63,666 nt of DNA from a virus (lineage: Duplodnaviria > Caudoviricetes), in IMG/VR virus record IMGVR_UViG_3300021438_000015, positions 1 to 63,666 of that record; one strand, given 5' to 3'. Made by a program: the position numbers and the translations under genes. The notes under the pieces are model-generated. The model worked only from the letters and a program-made list of their open reading frames with translations. It searched no databases and was not told the origin of the DNA. Shown in pieces: positions 26,822 to 38,200 of the stretch (positions are counted from its first letter, which is position 1; each line of letters opens with the position of its first letter).

Positions 26822-28237
26822 ATGAAGATTTATGCACAAGAAATAGCTGACGGACTATCAGAACGTATCAAAAGTGATACGACTGTAGCTTATTGTTCGC
26901 AAGCAGTTTTAACAACCGAAAAAAATTCAATTAAGCGATTGATTGATAAAGTAAAGGCTTCTAGCAATCCTAATCAAATTGATCTTTACTATATCAAGTC
27001 AATTCTTGTTTCTACTGGATGGAATAAAAACGATGACGTTTTCGATCCGCAACAAACTTGGGCGGCTCGTAGTACTCCAGAAGACAAGCAATTCAATTTA
27101 ATGCATAATGAAAATGACATTATAGGACACATCACTGGAAGTTATGTTGTTGATCAAGATGGCAATAAAATCGGCGAAACTGAAAACGATGCCGCCCCAC
27201 CTCAGTTCGATATTGTAACCGAAGCTGTAATTTATAACAGTTGGACTAATCCAGAGAACAGAGAGAGGATGAGTAAGATTATATCAGAGATAGAGCAAGG
27301 TAAGTGGTTCGTTTCGATGGAATGTTTATTCGCTGGTTTTGACTACTCTGTTAAAGATAACTCTGGACAAACCAAGGTTATAGCACGTAGTGAAGATTCG
27401 GCTTTTTTAACAAAACATCTTAGAGCATACGGTGGAACCGGAGAATACGAAGGCTATCAAATTGGTAGATTACTAAGAGATATTTCTTTTTCTGGTAAGG
27501 GTTTAGTATCCAAACCAGCAAACCCTAGAAGTATTATTCTTGATTCTAGCAAAGCTTTCTCTGTTAATGAAGAACAAACTATTTCCAATGTTTCAGAAGG
27601 AGAAGTTAATATGTCAGAAAATAACGAAGAGAAGCAGCTAGAAACTGCCCCAGTGGCAGAAGAAGCTGTACAAGTTGTGGCTGAAGAAGTCAAAGTTGAA
27701 AACAATACTTCAGAATTAGAAGCCGCTTTAGCAGCTAAAGATACTGAAATTCAAGCTTATGCTTCAAAGGTTGCAACTCTAGAAGAGACTCTTGCTAATT
27801 TAGAAAAAGAATTAGCTGGACTCAATGAAGAGATGAAGAACATGAAGAAGAAAGAAAAGACTCGTAGTCGCGCAGAAAAACTAAGCACAGCTGGTTTTGA
27901 AAGCGATGAGATTGAAGAAGCTCTTTCTCTTTATGATGCTTTAGCTGATGAAGCTTTCGATGCCGTGGTTGCTATGCATGAAAAGCAACTAGCCAAGGTA
28001 AAGAAGGATTCAGAAAAGCCAGCCAAGAAGTTCCAAGAGAACATCACAAAGGACGAGCCTGTGGAAGAAGATAAGCCAAAGGCTGCGGTTGCTGAAGAAG
28101 TTCAAGAAGAACTTTTTGAAGAAGTAAAAACAACAGAAGCCACTCTTGTAGCTGCTTCTGATGAAGGCGAAGAAATAGAGGCCACAAGAGCTAGTGTGGC
28201 AGAGTGGCTAACAAACAACGTTTTACGTAATAAGTGA
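26822..28237 (+). CDS. prohead protease fused to scaffolding domain
   Basis: NKNDDVF, H..NDIIGHI, VSMEC, FSGKGLVSKPANPRS protease motifs; acidic coiled-coil C-terminus; upstream of capsid genes. Confidence 0.8.
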   Translation: MKIYAQEIADGLSERIKSDTTVAYCSQAVLTTEKNSIKRLIDKVKASSNPNQIDLYYIKSILVSTGWNKNDDVFDPQQTWAARSTPEDKQFNLMHNENDIIGHITGSYVVDQDGNKIGETENDAAPPQFDIVTEAVIYNSWTNPENRERMSKIISEIEQGKWFVSMECLFAGFDYSVKDNSGQTKVIARSEDSAFLTKHLRAYGGTGEYEGYQIGRLLRDISFSGKGLVSKPANPRSIILDSSKAFSVNEEQTISNVSEGEVNMSENNEEKQLETAPVAEEAVQVVAEEVKVENNTSELEAALAAKDTEIQAYASKVATLEETLANLEKELAGLNEEMKNMKKKEKTRSRAEKLSTAGFESDEIEEALSLYDALADEAFDAVVAMHEKQLAKVKKDSEKPAKKFQENITKDEPVEEDKPKAAVAEEVQEELFEEVKTTEATLVAASDEGEEIEATRASVAEWLTNNVLRNK

Positions 28238-28252
28238 TAAAGGAGAAAAACT

Positions 28253-28723
28253 ATGGCCCTAAAAGCAGATAGATATGAAGTTCAAACTGATATCAGTTTC
28301 TTCTACAATGCCGGGATAGCAACTCGCGGCGGTGTAGTGGTTCATGATACTACAGCTGGTTCTGGTGCATCAATGGATCAAGGTGTTAACCTTGTGAAGT
28401 ATGCTGCTGCAACATCAGCAACTGTACCAGTTGGCGTGTTACTAAACGACGTAGTAAATAAGGATCTAACCCGCACTCATCTTAATCAATATAAGGATGA
28501 AGTTCAAAAGGGTGGTAAAGTTACAGTACTCCGCAAGGGTTATGTTGTAACAAACAGTATCACTGGCACACCTATTGCCGGTAGCGGTGCATATGCTTGC
28601 CATGTTAATGCTGGAAACATCCGCATGGATAGTCCAGCTAGTTCTGGTCAGCTATTGATCGGACGCTTCCTTACAAGTAAGGATGCTGACGGTTATGCAA
28701 AAGTCGAAGTGAACCTCCCCTGA
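28253..28723 (+). CDS. capsid cement/decoration protein
   Basis: 156 aa between scaffold and MCP; PVGVLLNDV, GRFLTSKDADGYAKVEVNLP. Confidence 0.7.
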   Translation: MALKADRYEVQTDISFFYNAGIATRGGVVVHDTTAGSGASMDQGVNLVKYAAATSATVPVGVLLNDVVNKDLTRTHLNQYKDEVQKGGKVTVLRKGYVVTNSITGTPIAGSGAYACHVNAGNIRMDSPASSGQLLIGRFLTSKDADGYAKVEVNLP

Positions 28724-28751
28724 GAATAACAAAATAAAAGGAGAATTAAAC

Positions 28752-29759
28752 ATGCCAATAACAGAAAGACCCAGCGATGATTTTATCGCTCTCCTACGTA
28801 AGTCAGGGGATGCCGATATCAATGTAGCAATGGCCGCTCAACGTGAGTTTGCCAAAGCACTAGAACTCCCACTTCGTAAGGGCGTTTTAGTCGGTAATAT
28901 CCTTGGTAACATTTTCGAAACCATCAACGTGGAAGCCGGTTCAACAACCGAATTCCCTCTTGATCTTATCTCTCCCGGCCTTGAAGGTGAGCATGTTGCT
29001 TACACCAATCCCGGTCACGGTAGAATTCCAGAGCGTTCAGTCGAAGGCGACTACGTGATGATCCCAACCTACACAATCGCATCATCGGTTGACTATCTAC
29101 TTCGTTTTGCCCGCGAAGCCAGATGGGATATCGTTGGTCGTGCAATGCAGGTGATGGAAGCCGGTTTCACCAAGAAGATGAACGATGACGGCTGGCACAC
29201 ACTTCTCGCCGCTGGCGTTGATCGTAACATCCTAGTCTATGATGCTGATGCAACAGCCGGTCTATTCTCAAAGAGATTAGTATCACTAATGCAAACAGTT
29301 ATGCGTAGAAACTCTGGTGGTAACTCGGCATCAGTTGGTCGTGGTCGTTTAACTGATATGTACGTTTCACCAGAAGCGTTAGAAGATATCAGAAACTGGG
29401 GTCTAGATCAAGTTGACGATACAACTCGTCGTGAAATCTATTCAGCTGATCCAAGTTCACCTGTTATCACAAGAATCTTTGGTATTAACCTTCATGACCT
29501 AGATGAACTAGGCGAAGGTCAACAGTACCAAACATTCGTAACAAGTGATCTTGGTGGTGCAGTTCAAGCTAACGACGTTGAACTTGTCGTTGGTCTTGAT
29601 CAATCAATGAGTGACAGTTTCGTGATGCCTGTTAAGCAGCAACTACAGGTATTCGAAGATCCAGCACTACATCGCCAGCAACGCGCTGGCTACTATGGCT
29701 GGGCCGAACTTGGCTTTGGTGTTCTAGATAATCGTAGAGTCATTCTTGGCTCATTCTGA
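28752..29759 (+). CDS. major capsid protein (HK97 fold)
   Basis: 335 aa, strong RBS AAGGAG, high-expression codon bias, followed by terminator. Confidence 0.88.
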   Translation: MPITERPSDDFIALLRKSGDADINVAMAAQREFAKALELPLRKGVLVGNILGNIFETINVEAGSTTEFPLDLISPGLEGEHVAYTNPGHGRIPERSVEGDYVMIPTYTIASSVDYLLRFAREARWDIVGRAMQVMEAGFTKKMNDDGWHTLLAAGVDRNILVYDADATAGLFSKRLVSLMQTVMRRNSGGNSASVGRGRLTDMYVSPEALEDIRNWGLDQVDDTTRREIYSADPSSPVITRIFGINLHDLDELGEGQQYQTFVTSDLGGAVQANDVELVVGLDQSMSDSFVMPVKQQLQVFEDPALHRQQRAGYYGWAELGFGVLDNRRVILGSF

Positions 29760-29789
29760 TCTAGATATCTAAAGATACTGGTTACAATT

Positions 29790-29824
29790 AAAGCCATCCT
29801 CAAGCGATTGGGGGTGGCTTTTTT
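29790..29824 (+). terminator. rho-independent terminator
   Basis: AAAGCCATCCTCAA-GCGA-TTGGGGGTGGCTTT hairpin + T-tract. Confidence 0.85.
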
Positions 29825-29834
29825 GTGTATAATA
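29825..29834 (+). promoter_or_regulatory. putative late promoter
   Basis: GTGTATAATA directly after terminator. Confidence 0.65.
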
Positions 29835-29875
29835 CATTAGATAACGTTATCCAAGGATATGAATAGGAGAAAAAT

Positions 29876-30592
29876 ATGGCCGCACTATCGGATTATCTTG
29901 AGTCTGGCTTATTGAGTCATATATTTAGAAATACCGCCTTACCCAGACCTTCTACAATAGCAATTGCTCTAACAAGCGGTGTTCCAAGTGATTCTGACAA
30001 TGGTTCTACAATTCCAGAATTAGCTTCTGGAGTAAGAAGTGGTTTAGATTTTGTGACTACGAACTACAAAAGAATTAATTTAGGTCCACCAGCTTCTAGC
30101 GGTGATAACACATGGAATTCTATAGGTGTCGATGCGAGTACAGCATATAGCGTATCCGGTACAAAAGCCGATGGCAACATGGGATATTTTTATCCAATAT
30201 TTATTAATGAGCAAGCCGCTAATAATTATAGTTCGCAAAATGGCGGCAATGGATCTTCTATAATTTATAGATTCAGCAAAGAATTTCCATCTGTAACGTT
30301 TTTTGCTCCATCCGGTGCGCCAGCCGGTAACACTATTTTTTATTCTGGAGTTAGCGTTAAGTCAAGTTATACAGATTATGATGGCAATGGTTTTATCAGA
30401 AATAAAAATCAACTTGTTTTCAATAGTGCATTTACAGATTGGGGATGGGTTTCTGGTATAGCTATTTTAGATCACGAAACCGTTGGTTCTGGTAACTTAT
30501 TAATGTATGCTAAGTTAACAAACCCTCGCTATGTTTACCTTGGAGATAATATAAGATTTGATGCTAATTCGTTAGAAATAAGTTTAAAATAG
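29876..30592 (+). CDS. virion structural protein
   Basis: MAALSDYLE...IALT...DWGWV..IAILD...GNLLMY pattern of a common phage structural family, with a central insertion. Confidence 0.7.
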   Translation: MAALSDYLESGLLSHIFRNTALPRPSTIAIALTSGVPSDSDNGSTIPELASGVRSGLDFVTTNYKRINLGPPASSGDNTWNSIGVDASTAYSVSGTKADGNMGYFYPIFINEQAANNYSSQNGGNGSSIIYRFSKEFPSVTFFAPSGAPAGNTIFYSGVSVKSSYTDYDGNGFIRNKNQLVFNSAFTDWGWVSGIAILDHETVGSGNLLMYAKLTNPRYVYLGDNIRFDANSLEISLK

Positions 30593-30607
30593 TAACTGGA
30601 ACTTAAA

Positions 30608-33600
30608 ATGATATTAAGCAAGTCCCAGCTTGTAAATAATATTAATACTGAGATATCTGATCAATCTTATGGTCAAATATCTCCATATGATATTAGACAT
30701 AATTTGTTAGATATTCTAGATTCTGTCCATAATCTAACACTGTCTCAAGAATTGAAATCTCTTAATCTTGCTACGATTCCATCTGGAAATACTAAGGTTG
30801 GTCAATTAACTTTAGAAAGTATTGAACTACCGGGATATTTAAGCCAAGACAATACAGCGATTGGTTACTCCGCTTTAAAAGCTAATTATCAAAGTAGCAA
30901 AAATACAGCTGTTGGATCATATTCTTTATCTTGCAATATATATGGTCAAAATAATGTAGCTTTAGGTTATAATGCACTTGCCGGAAATACCGTTGGTCAT
31001 TTGAACATAGGCTTGGGAAATTACTCTCTTCATAATAATAAATCTGGAAATGGAAACATAGCTATAGGTCATGGTGCCGGATACTATGTTAATAAAGATA
31101 CAAATAATAAATTATTCATTGCATATCATCCAATTGATGACAACTATATATGTAGCAATCCAAATGGTTCTGGATTAACTCCATTAGTCTATGGAGATTT
31201 ATCAACAATACAATTAGGTATTGGTGTTAACAGCTTGCATTCGTATGGAAAATTACAAGTTGGTGGTGATATAACACCATCTGGAAATAATGTATTAAAT
31301 ATTGGCCATTCACTGTATAATTGGAAAAGTTTGTATCTATCAAGATCAATTGAATTTGCTAACTCTTCATCTATAAATGCAGATATTTCTTCTGTTATAT
31401 CAATAAAGGGAAGTGTTTCTCCGCTTATAAATAATTTATACAATATTGGAGAAGCGAGTAGAAAATGGTCTAGAGGATATTTTCAAAATTTGACAGTAGA
31501 TGGAATTGCAAATATTAACCAGCTTGTTTCAATTTCAACACAAAATTATACAAATAAAACATTGTATTTAGGAACTAATTCTACATTATTTCCATTATAT
31601 TCTGATTCTACACTCGTTGGTGGTGGATTATCTCTAAAATCTTCTAATAGTAGAGAATATTCTATAGCTTACTATCCACCAAATTCTGGTATGCCGTGTT
31701 TTGTTGGAGAATATGAGAAATCCACTTTTAGAACTAATACAAGTTTCCAAGTTCCAAGTACAGCATATATTAAGACGAATAGTATAGTATCCTACAATCC
31801 AGATGCTTTTGGTGAAGGCGATTGTTATGGATTATTTTTTAATAGTGGTATATCTTATATATCTAGAAAAAATGTTCTTGGTTCAAATCCCGGTTTATCA
31901 ACTGGGCCTTTAGCTGGTATTGGGAATATTAACTTTTTATCTAACTCTGGTGAATTAACAAATTATATTGTTTCGCTATCATCTATTGAATCTGGAGTTA
32001 ATGTTAGTCAAAGATTTTTAACTGGAACAAAAGTAAGGCAAAAAGACTCACTTAACAATAATAGAGATAAATTAAGTGGATTTGAAATCAAATATATTGA
32101 TGATTCAAACTTAGGAATAACCGGACCACTAACTGACCGTTTAGTTGTAGGATCATATGATCGTACTTCTAAATTTGTTAATGGTTTGGTTATTATGAAA
32201 AATGACATTGACGGCTCAGTACTTTCAGTAACTAATATCCCATCCGTTACTGAAAACGTTCTCCCAAAAACAATTTTTAATGTTAGGTCATCAAATCATT
32301 GTATTGGTAGATTTACATCTGAAAACAACGGTTATTATAAATCTGCTATTCAATTATTAACCAGAGAAAACTGTGAAGCAAGCGGGGTAGAGTTTGCATA
32401 TCTTAATAATAGTGGTATTGCTGATATAAGTATTTATAAAAATTCTGTATCTACCAATTTTATAAGGATGAAGGATATTAATCAGATTGGTATACTTTCT
32501 AGTGGAATTACAAACGCTACTGTAACTATTGGTCATAGCGGAATATCGAAACTTCCAACTATAAGCTTAAAAGATAATCTATGGATTAGTGATTCTACAG
32601 TCTCTTCATCGGTTGGATATGGAAAAATATATAATTTATATGATCCAAAAAATTATGCAAATCAATATAATTCATTGTATTTTATTGATGGATCTGGTAA
32701 TTCATTTAATTTAACTGTAAATAAACTTGATAATGTTGACGCCAGAGCAGTATATACAGACGCTAGTGGAAATACTTTTGCCGGATATATGTCTCCATCT
32801 GGAAGAAAAAATATAACCGCTGCAACTAAAAATAATATTTCTTATGGTTATCAAGCACTTTATAGTATTTTGTCTGGCTCTGGAAATTTTGGAATTGGAT
32901 ATAACTCAATTTATAATTTAGCGTCTGGAAATAATAATATTGTCATAGGTGAGTTTTCTGCTAGCGGAATAGGCGTCACATCTAATAATATAATTATTGG
33001 CAATAAATCATTTAATAAAACACCTCAATTATCTAATACTGTATGCAATACTATAATAGGACATGATATTGGTTCTAGCCATAGTGGGTCATATAATTTC
33101 TTAGTTGGAAATAATAATTTAATTTTATTAGATGGTAAACTTGGTCCAGCAAATTCTGATAAACGATTAACATTGCCTAGCGGCGGTAGACTATATATAA
33201 ATAATGCAAATGACACGGATAGCTTATGCTTGAAAGCTAACATAATTGAAGTTATTGATAGCGGAGGTAATAACTATCCAGACAATACTTTAACTTTAAA
33301 GTTTAGTGCAAATAATTCTTTTGATCTACTGTACTTTAATCACAATGCACCACCCTTATTAAACCAGCCCACGTATAAAACTATAAATAATAATCCTATT
33401 CTTGGTGGTATAATACCATCAATATTACCTAGACCATACGCAGAGTTAAATGGGGATCTAAAACTTAAAGGTATTTTATGCTTTAGTGATGGTACTGTTC
33501 TTGCAACTTCTAGTGGAATAGTTACTTCTATCGAATTAGCTAATAGTGGAATAGCTCTTGGCAATAGCGGAATATCATTAGCAAATAGTGGAATAGCTAG

Positions 33601-33856
33601 AGTAAATAGTTCTTTTGTGGAAGGATACATGCCTAATGGTTTACAGCCACCTATAGGAAATTCATCAAAGACTAGTGGGATATTAGTTTTGAAAGATTCA
33701 AACTGGGCTGATTCTGGAAATGTTTTTGTAATTAATAGAGATAGTACTTCCGTGATTCATTCTGGGGCTTATGTTATAGCTGCTAGAGTAAATAATGAAT
33801 ACAAACCAATATGGGTGAGTGCTAGCGATACTGCTTGCGTCTGCTGTAATCACTAA
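30608..33856 (+). CDS. fibre/adhesin-like virion protein
   Basis: NTAIGYSAL / NVALGYNAL beta-roll repeats in two blocks; Cys-rich C-terminus. Confidence 0.75.
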   Translation: MILSKSQLVNNINTEISDQSYGQISPYDIRHNLLDILDSVHNLTLSQELKSLNLATIPSGNTKVGQLTLESIELPGYLSQDNTAIGYSALKANYQSSKNTAVGSYSLSCNIYGQNNVALGYNALAGNTVGHLNIGLGNYSLHNNKSGNGNIAIGHGAGYYVNKDTNNKLFIAYHPIDDNYICSNPNGSGLTPLVYGDLSTIQLGIGVNSLHSYGKLQVGGDITPSGNNVLNIGHSLYNWKSLYLSRSIEFANSSSINADISSVISIKGSVSPLINNLYNIGEASRKWSRGYFQNLTVDGIANINQLVSISTQNYTNKTLYLGTNSTLFPLYSDSTLVGGGLSLKSSNSREYSIAYYPPNSGMPCFVGEYEKSTFRTNTSFQVPSTAYIKTNSIVSYNPDAFGEGDCYGLFFNSGISYISRKNVLGSNPGLSTGPLAGIGNINFLSNSGELTNYIVSLSSIESGVNVSQRFLTGTKVRQKDSLNNNRDKLSGFEIKYIDDSNLGITGPLTDRLVVGSYDRTSKFVNGLVIMKNDIDGSVLSVTNIPSVTENVLPKTIFNVRSSNHCIGRFTSENNGYYKSAIQLLTRENCEASGVEFAYLNNSGIADISIYKNSVSTNFIRMKDINQIGILSSGITNATVTIGHSGISKLPTISLKDNLWISDSTVSSSVGYGKIYNLYDPKNYANQYNSLYFIDGSGNSFNLTVNKLDNVDARAVYTDASGNTFAGYMSPSGRKNITAATKNNISYGYQALYSILSGSGNFGIGYNSIYNLASGNNNIVIGEFSASGIGVTSNNIIIGNKSFNKTPQLSNTVCNTIIGHDIGSSHSGSYNFLVGNNNLILLDGKLGPANSDKRLTLPSGGRLYINNANDTDSLCLKANIIEVIDSGGNNYPDNTLTLKFSANNSFDLLYFNHNAPPLLNQPTYKTINNNPILGGIIPSILPRPYAELNGDLKLKGILCFSDGTVLATSSGIVTSIELANSGIALGNSGISLANSGIARVNSSFVEGYMPNGLQPPIGNSSKTSGILVLKDSNWADSGNVFVINRDSTSVIHSGAYVIAARVNNEYKPIWVSASDTACVCCNH

Positions 33857-33867
33857 AGGATAAATCT

Positions 33868-35250
33868 ATGGGCAGACCAAATGATCCGTGCTTTAAAAGG
33901 CCCGTACCATCTTTATCTTATTCAGATACATTAACAACTCCACCTCCATCGTTGGATGATATAGATTTTTTTATATTACCACAAGTTAATGTTCCATGTC
34001 CAGAAAAAGATAGCATTTATCAATTTGTCGCCAATACTAAAAATCTTGATAGTTCTTTTATACAAGTATCTACTTTTAGCATAAATAACATTGGATGTGA
34101 GCCATATACTTTAAATTTAACCGGCAGCGACAAAGATTTTTTTGCACTAAGTAAAAATAATTTATATTTTAATTCTATTGATGCTACTGCCAGAAACTAC
34201 AGCGTTACCATTACTGCTAATAACTTGTTAGGTTATGTATTAAGTAGTTCAAATTTTTATTTAACAGTAAATGTTTTAGAATGCTCTACAACTACTAGTA
34301 CCTCTACAAGTACAAGCACTAGTACTAGCACTTCGACAACTATAAAACCGTCTACCACAACAAGCACTTCTACCAGTACTAGCACTTCGACTACTGGCAC
34401 TTCTACCAGTACTAGCACTTCGACTACTGGCACTTCTACCAGTACTAGCACTTCGACTACTGGCACTTCTACCAGTACTAGCACTACGACTACTGGCACT
34501 TCTACCAGTACTAGCACTTCGACTACTGGCACTTCTACCAGTACTAGCACTTCGACTACTGGCACTTCTACCAGTACTAGCACTTCGACTACTGGCACTT
34601 CTACAACCAGTACAAGTACATCGACAAGCACAAGTACTTCTACTAGTACTAGTACTAGCACCTCTACAACGGCGTCACCAAGTTGTTGCAATTGGGGAGG
34701 TAATGCTACTATAGACTTTGGAGAAAATTGTGGAACACAGATTCATGGTTTTAGTTGTATAAAAATCGCACCAAACACTTGGATTTGTGATGGAACAATG
34801 TCATGTGGAGATCTTATATCTGCTTCAATAATTTGTAATCCATCAGCAGACCTTCAGCCGTGTTCTAGTAAATGGTCTGCTAGTATTAGTATACCATGTG
34901 TAAAAAACTTTACTCTTAGCCTACCAGATGATTCATGCGGATGTGATACTCCTCCATTCTGGAGATTTAGTGGCGATGCATCTAGTTGTCAATGTTGTAA
35001 TAATTGTGGACCATGCGAAGTTTACAATTCAAAAACTAAGACTTGCGAAACTTCGTGTCATCCCGGCCAAAAATGCTGTGATGGAAATTGTGTTCAAGAA
35101 TTTTCGTGCAATGGAGAATGCACTTGGGATGTAAATGGTCTGAATGAAATGGATCTAATAATTCCTTGTAGTCCCTGTTGTATTTGCGATTCTCCACCTT
35201 ATGACGGTACTGGATTAAGAACTATGCCATGTAAGGATATTTATCTATGA
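33868..35250 (+). CDS. mucin-like Thr/Ser-repeat protein with Cys-rich C-terminal domain
   Basis: Cadherin/Ig-like N-terminal part, ~130-aa T/S tract, Cys-rich tail. Confidence 0.8.
   Translation: MGRPNDPCFKRPVPSLSYSDTLTTPPPSLDDIDFFILPQVNVPCPEKDSIYQFVANTKNLDSSFIQVSTFSINNIGCEPYTLNLTGSDKDFFALSKNNLYFNSIDATARNYSVTITANNLLGYVLSSSNFYLTVNVLECSTTTSTSTSTSTSTSTSTTIKPSTTTSTSTSTSTSTTGTSTSTSTSTTGTSTSTSTSTTGTSTSTSTTTTGTSTSTSTSTTGTSTSTSTSTTGTSTSTSTSTTGTSTTSTSTSTSTSTSTSTSTSTSTTASPSCCNWGGNATIDFGENCGTQIHGFSCIKIAPNTWICDGTMSCGDLISASIICNPSADLQPCSSKWSASISIPCVKNFTLSLPDDSCGCDTPPFWRFSGDASSCQCCNNCGPCEVYNSKTKTCETSCHPGQKCCDGNCVQEFSCNGECTWDVNGLNEMDLIIPCSPCCICDSPPYDGTGLRTMPCKDIYL
34366..34596 (+). repeat. 7 x 33-bp tandem repeat (TSTSTSTSTTG)
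   Basis: Unit ACTTCTACCAGTACTAGCACTTCGACTACTGGC; six identical copies, one with a single substitution. Confidence 0.95.
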
Positions 35251-38200
35251 GTTGTCCGTGTGGATCAATTTTAATTCCTAAAGGAACCAAGTATTCAGAG
35301 TATGGACTTGGATTGAGGATATTGCATACTCAGGGTGAGATAGTTCTTAAACTTGTACATGATCAAGATAGTATCTTAAATAATGGTCAAGAATTTATAA
35401 CAACTTCTGAAAAATGCTTAGTCAATAGCGATATTGTAATAAATGGTTTTGAACTATTTTGGGATAAAAAATTTCCATCTATTGTAAGCTTAAACGGTTC
35501 TGTGCAAGTATCTATAAAACAATATTTGTCTGAATTAATTCTTGGATTTGAAAATATAAATGTTTTAGATAGCGAAAAACTATCATTACAACAATGTTAT
35601 TCTCAATCAGTTAATCTATTCAATAAAAAACTTTTAGTATCAATTAAAAGTATTTGTTTCAATGATATAAGTTGTTGTGGTAAGTCGCCAAGTTTAAGTT
35701 TATCTCCATACTCTAAAACAATTAGTATACCATGTTTGCAGGATAGAAAGGTTGGTCCTGTTACTGGCATAATAATAAAACATATTGATATAAATGATAT
35801 TTTAGTTAGCTGGGATCCAATTGTTAATAATAGACAAGTATTTTATAAATTAGAAATATCAAATAACAATGGAATTACTTGGAGTCTTGTTAACAATACG
35901 ATAAGAAATGAATATCTCATCCAAGATCTTGCAGATGGAACTTATCAAATAAGAATAACTCCATTTATTAATATAGCCAATGGTGATTATATTATGAGTA
36001 TTTATGGTATAAGTTTGCTGAGTAATTATTTTACTATAAATACATCTACTATCGGGCCAGTAACAGGTGTCACAATCACTCCTGTAATTAAAACTTCCAC
36101 TACCACTAGTACTTCTACCACGCTTGGCGGTTCTACCACTAGTACTTCTACCACGCTTGGCGGTTCTACCACTAGTACTTCTACCACGCTTGGCGGTTCT
36201 ACCACTACTTTTAATCCTATTATAAATATATCTACTACATCATCACCTACAGGTGAAAATACAGATGTAATAGTTAGTTGGACATTACTGAATGGTGGGT
36301 CATCTGAAGTAATCTATTTAATAGAATTATCTAATAATGGTGGTATTACATGGACAACTATAGGAACTACGTCTAATACTTCATATTTAATACAAAATCT
36401 TGCAAATGGCGATTATATTATTAGAATAACCCCACTACAGTTTAGTAATGAGGGGTGGTTAGTAATAACACAAGATGCAAATGGCAATACATATTCAAAC
36501 ATTGTTGCTTCTAATTTGTTAAATAATTTTATATCTAATTTGCCTAGTGAAATATTTATAATAAATAAAATACCTATTTCATTAACCAGCGTTTCTACTG
36601 AAAAAATATTTACTATTCCATTTGTTGCATCTACTACTTCTAGCACCTCAAGTACATCTAGCACCTCAAGCACATCTAGTACATCTAGTACTTCTAGTAC
36701 ATCTAGTACTTCTAGTACATCTAGTACTTCTAGTACCTCCACGACTACTAGCACTACCGAAACTCCATGTCCACCAGCGTTTCCATGCCCACCATTTGAT
36801 CCAATATACGGCTCTCTTTATGAAGAATATACAGATGAATTTTGTGTACAACATTGTCTTTATGATAATGGTAATGTAGATACTACAAATCCACCTACAA
36901 CTACTGAAAATCCATCAGTAACTTCAACCTCAACTACTAATGGACCATCAACTACTCCTGTCATTGAGCCAACTGTTACAGAGCCACCAGTTAGAACTTC
37001 TACAAGTACAACTGTTACAGACTCTCCGTGTCCACCAGTTCCTAGTGATTTTAAAGCTGACATTGCATTAAGTAGTAGTGACAATACATCAACATCATTT
37101 GTTGGTACTGTATCTTTACCATCAGATAGTCCATATAATCTTTCTTCTTTTAGATTAAGAGCAAGAACTGTAGTTACAAACAACGACGGAAGTCAAGCTA
37201 AAGATTATTCAGCCGGTGTTTTTTATGGTATAGGTGGTAATAGTAAATATCAAGATATACTTATTGGATCTTACGCTGTTACAGATGAAGAAAAATGTAG
37301 AATTAAATTAATATTCACAGTAGCTTATGGAACTGATGATCCAAGTTGTGGAATTGATAATGAATTTATATTTGATAATTGCGGAACTAGTACAACTAGT
37401 AGCACTACTAGTACCACCAATACAACTAGTTCTACTTCAAGTACTGAACCACCAACAACTACTTCAACTACCACTAACACAACTGGAACTACTAGTACAA
37501 CAAGTTCTAGTTCTACTACTGACGAGCCAACTACTACTAGAGCTATCCTTACTCCTAGTACTATTGAACCACCACCGTCATCTACAACTACAACTACAAG
37601 TACAAGTACAAGTACTACTGGTTCTACTAGTACTACCACTACCCCGGAACCGCCCTCCACAACTCCTACTACTACCACTAGAGGTCCGTGTGATCCAAGT
37701 CAAGTGGCTGGAACATGCCCACCGTCTAATGATTGTATTAACTGGATAGACGGCGGTGTTAATCCACGTACTTGTTCAAAAGTATGTATTCCAGAAGAAA
37801 AAACTGGTCTTTGTTGCTATACAGAAGGAAATGCAAGTAGCTTTTTTATTGGCACATGTGAAGAATGTTATGCTAAACAGAATGTTACTTCTTTTAAGTC
37901 GGGGGTAGAGTGCCAAGGAAGTGAATGTGCAACTCTTTGCAATACTTTTGGATGTGACGCTTTGGTGGGATGTAAGCAAGACGCTGGGGATATGAGTCTT
38001 TCAGATTGTCGTGATAATTGCATGAAACCTTATTATTGTTATCAACCGGGTAAACCGTGCGCTGTATCTGCAACTTGGGTCGATATATCAACAGATCCAA
38101 ATGCATTTACATCTACATTTGAATGTCAACAAAAATGTACTACTACCGCAACTACTACTATTGAACCACCACCAACGACTACTGGTACTACTGACCAGCC

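Noticed and set aside
34366-34596. 33-bp repeats as a CRISPR array
   Set aside because: Head-to-tail with no spacers, in frame within a CDS, and no cas genes
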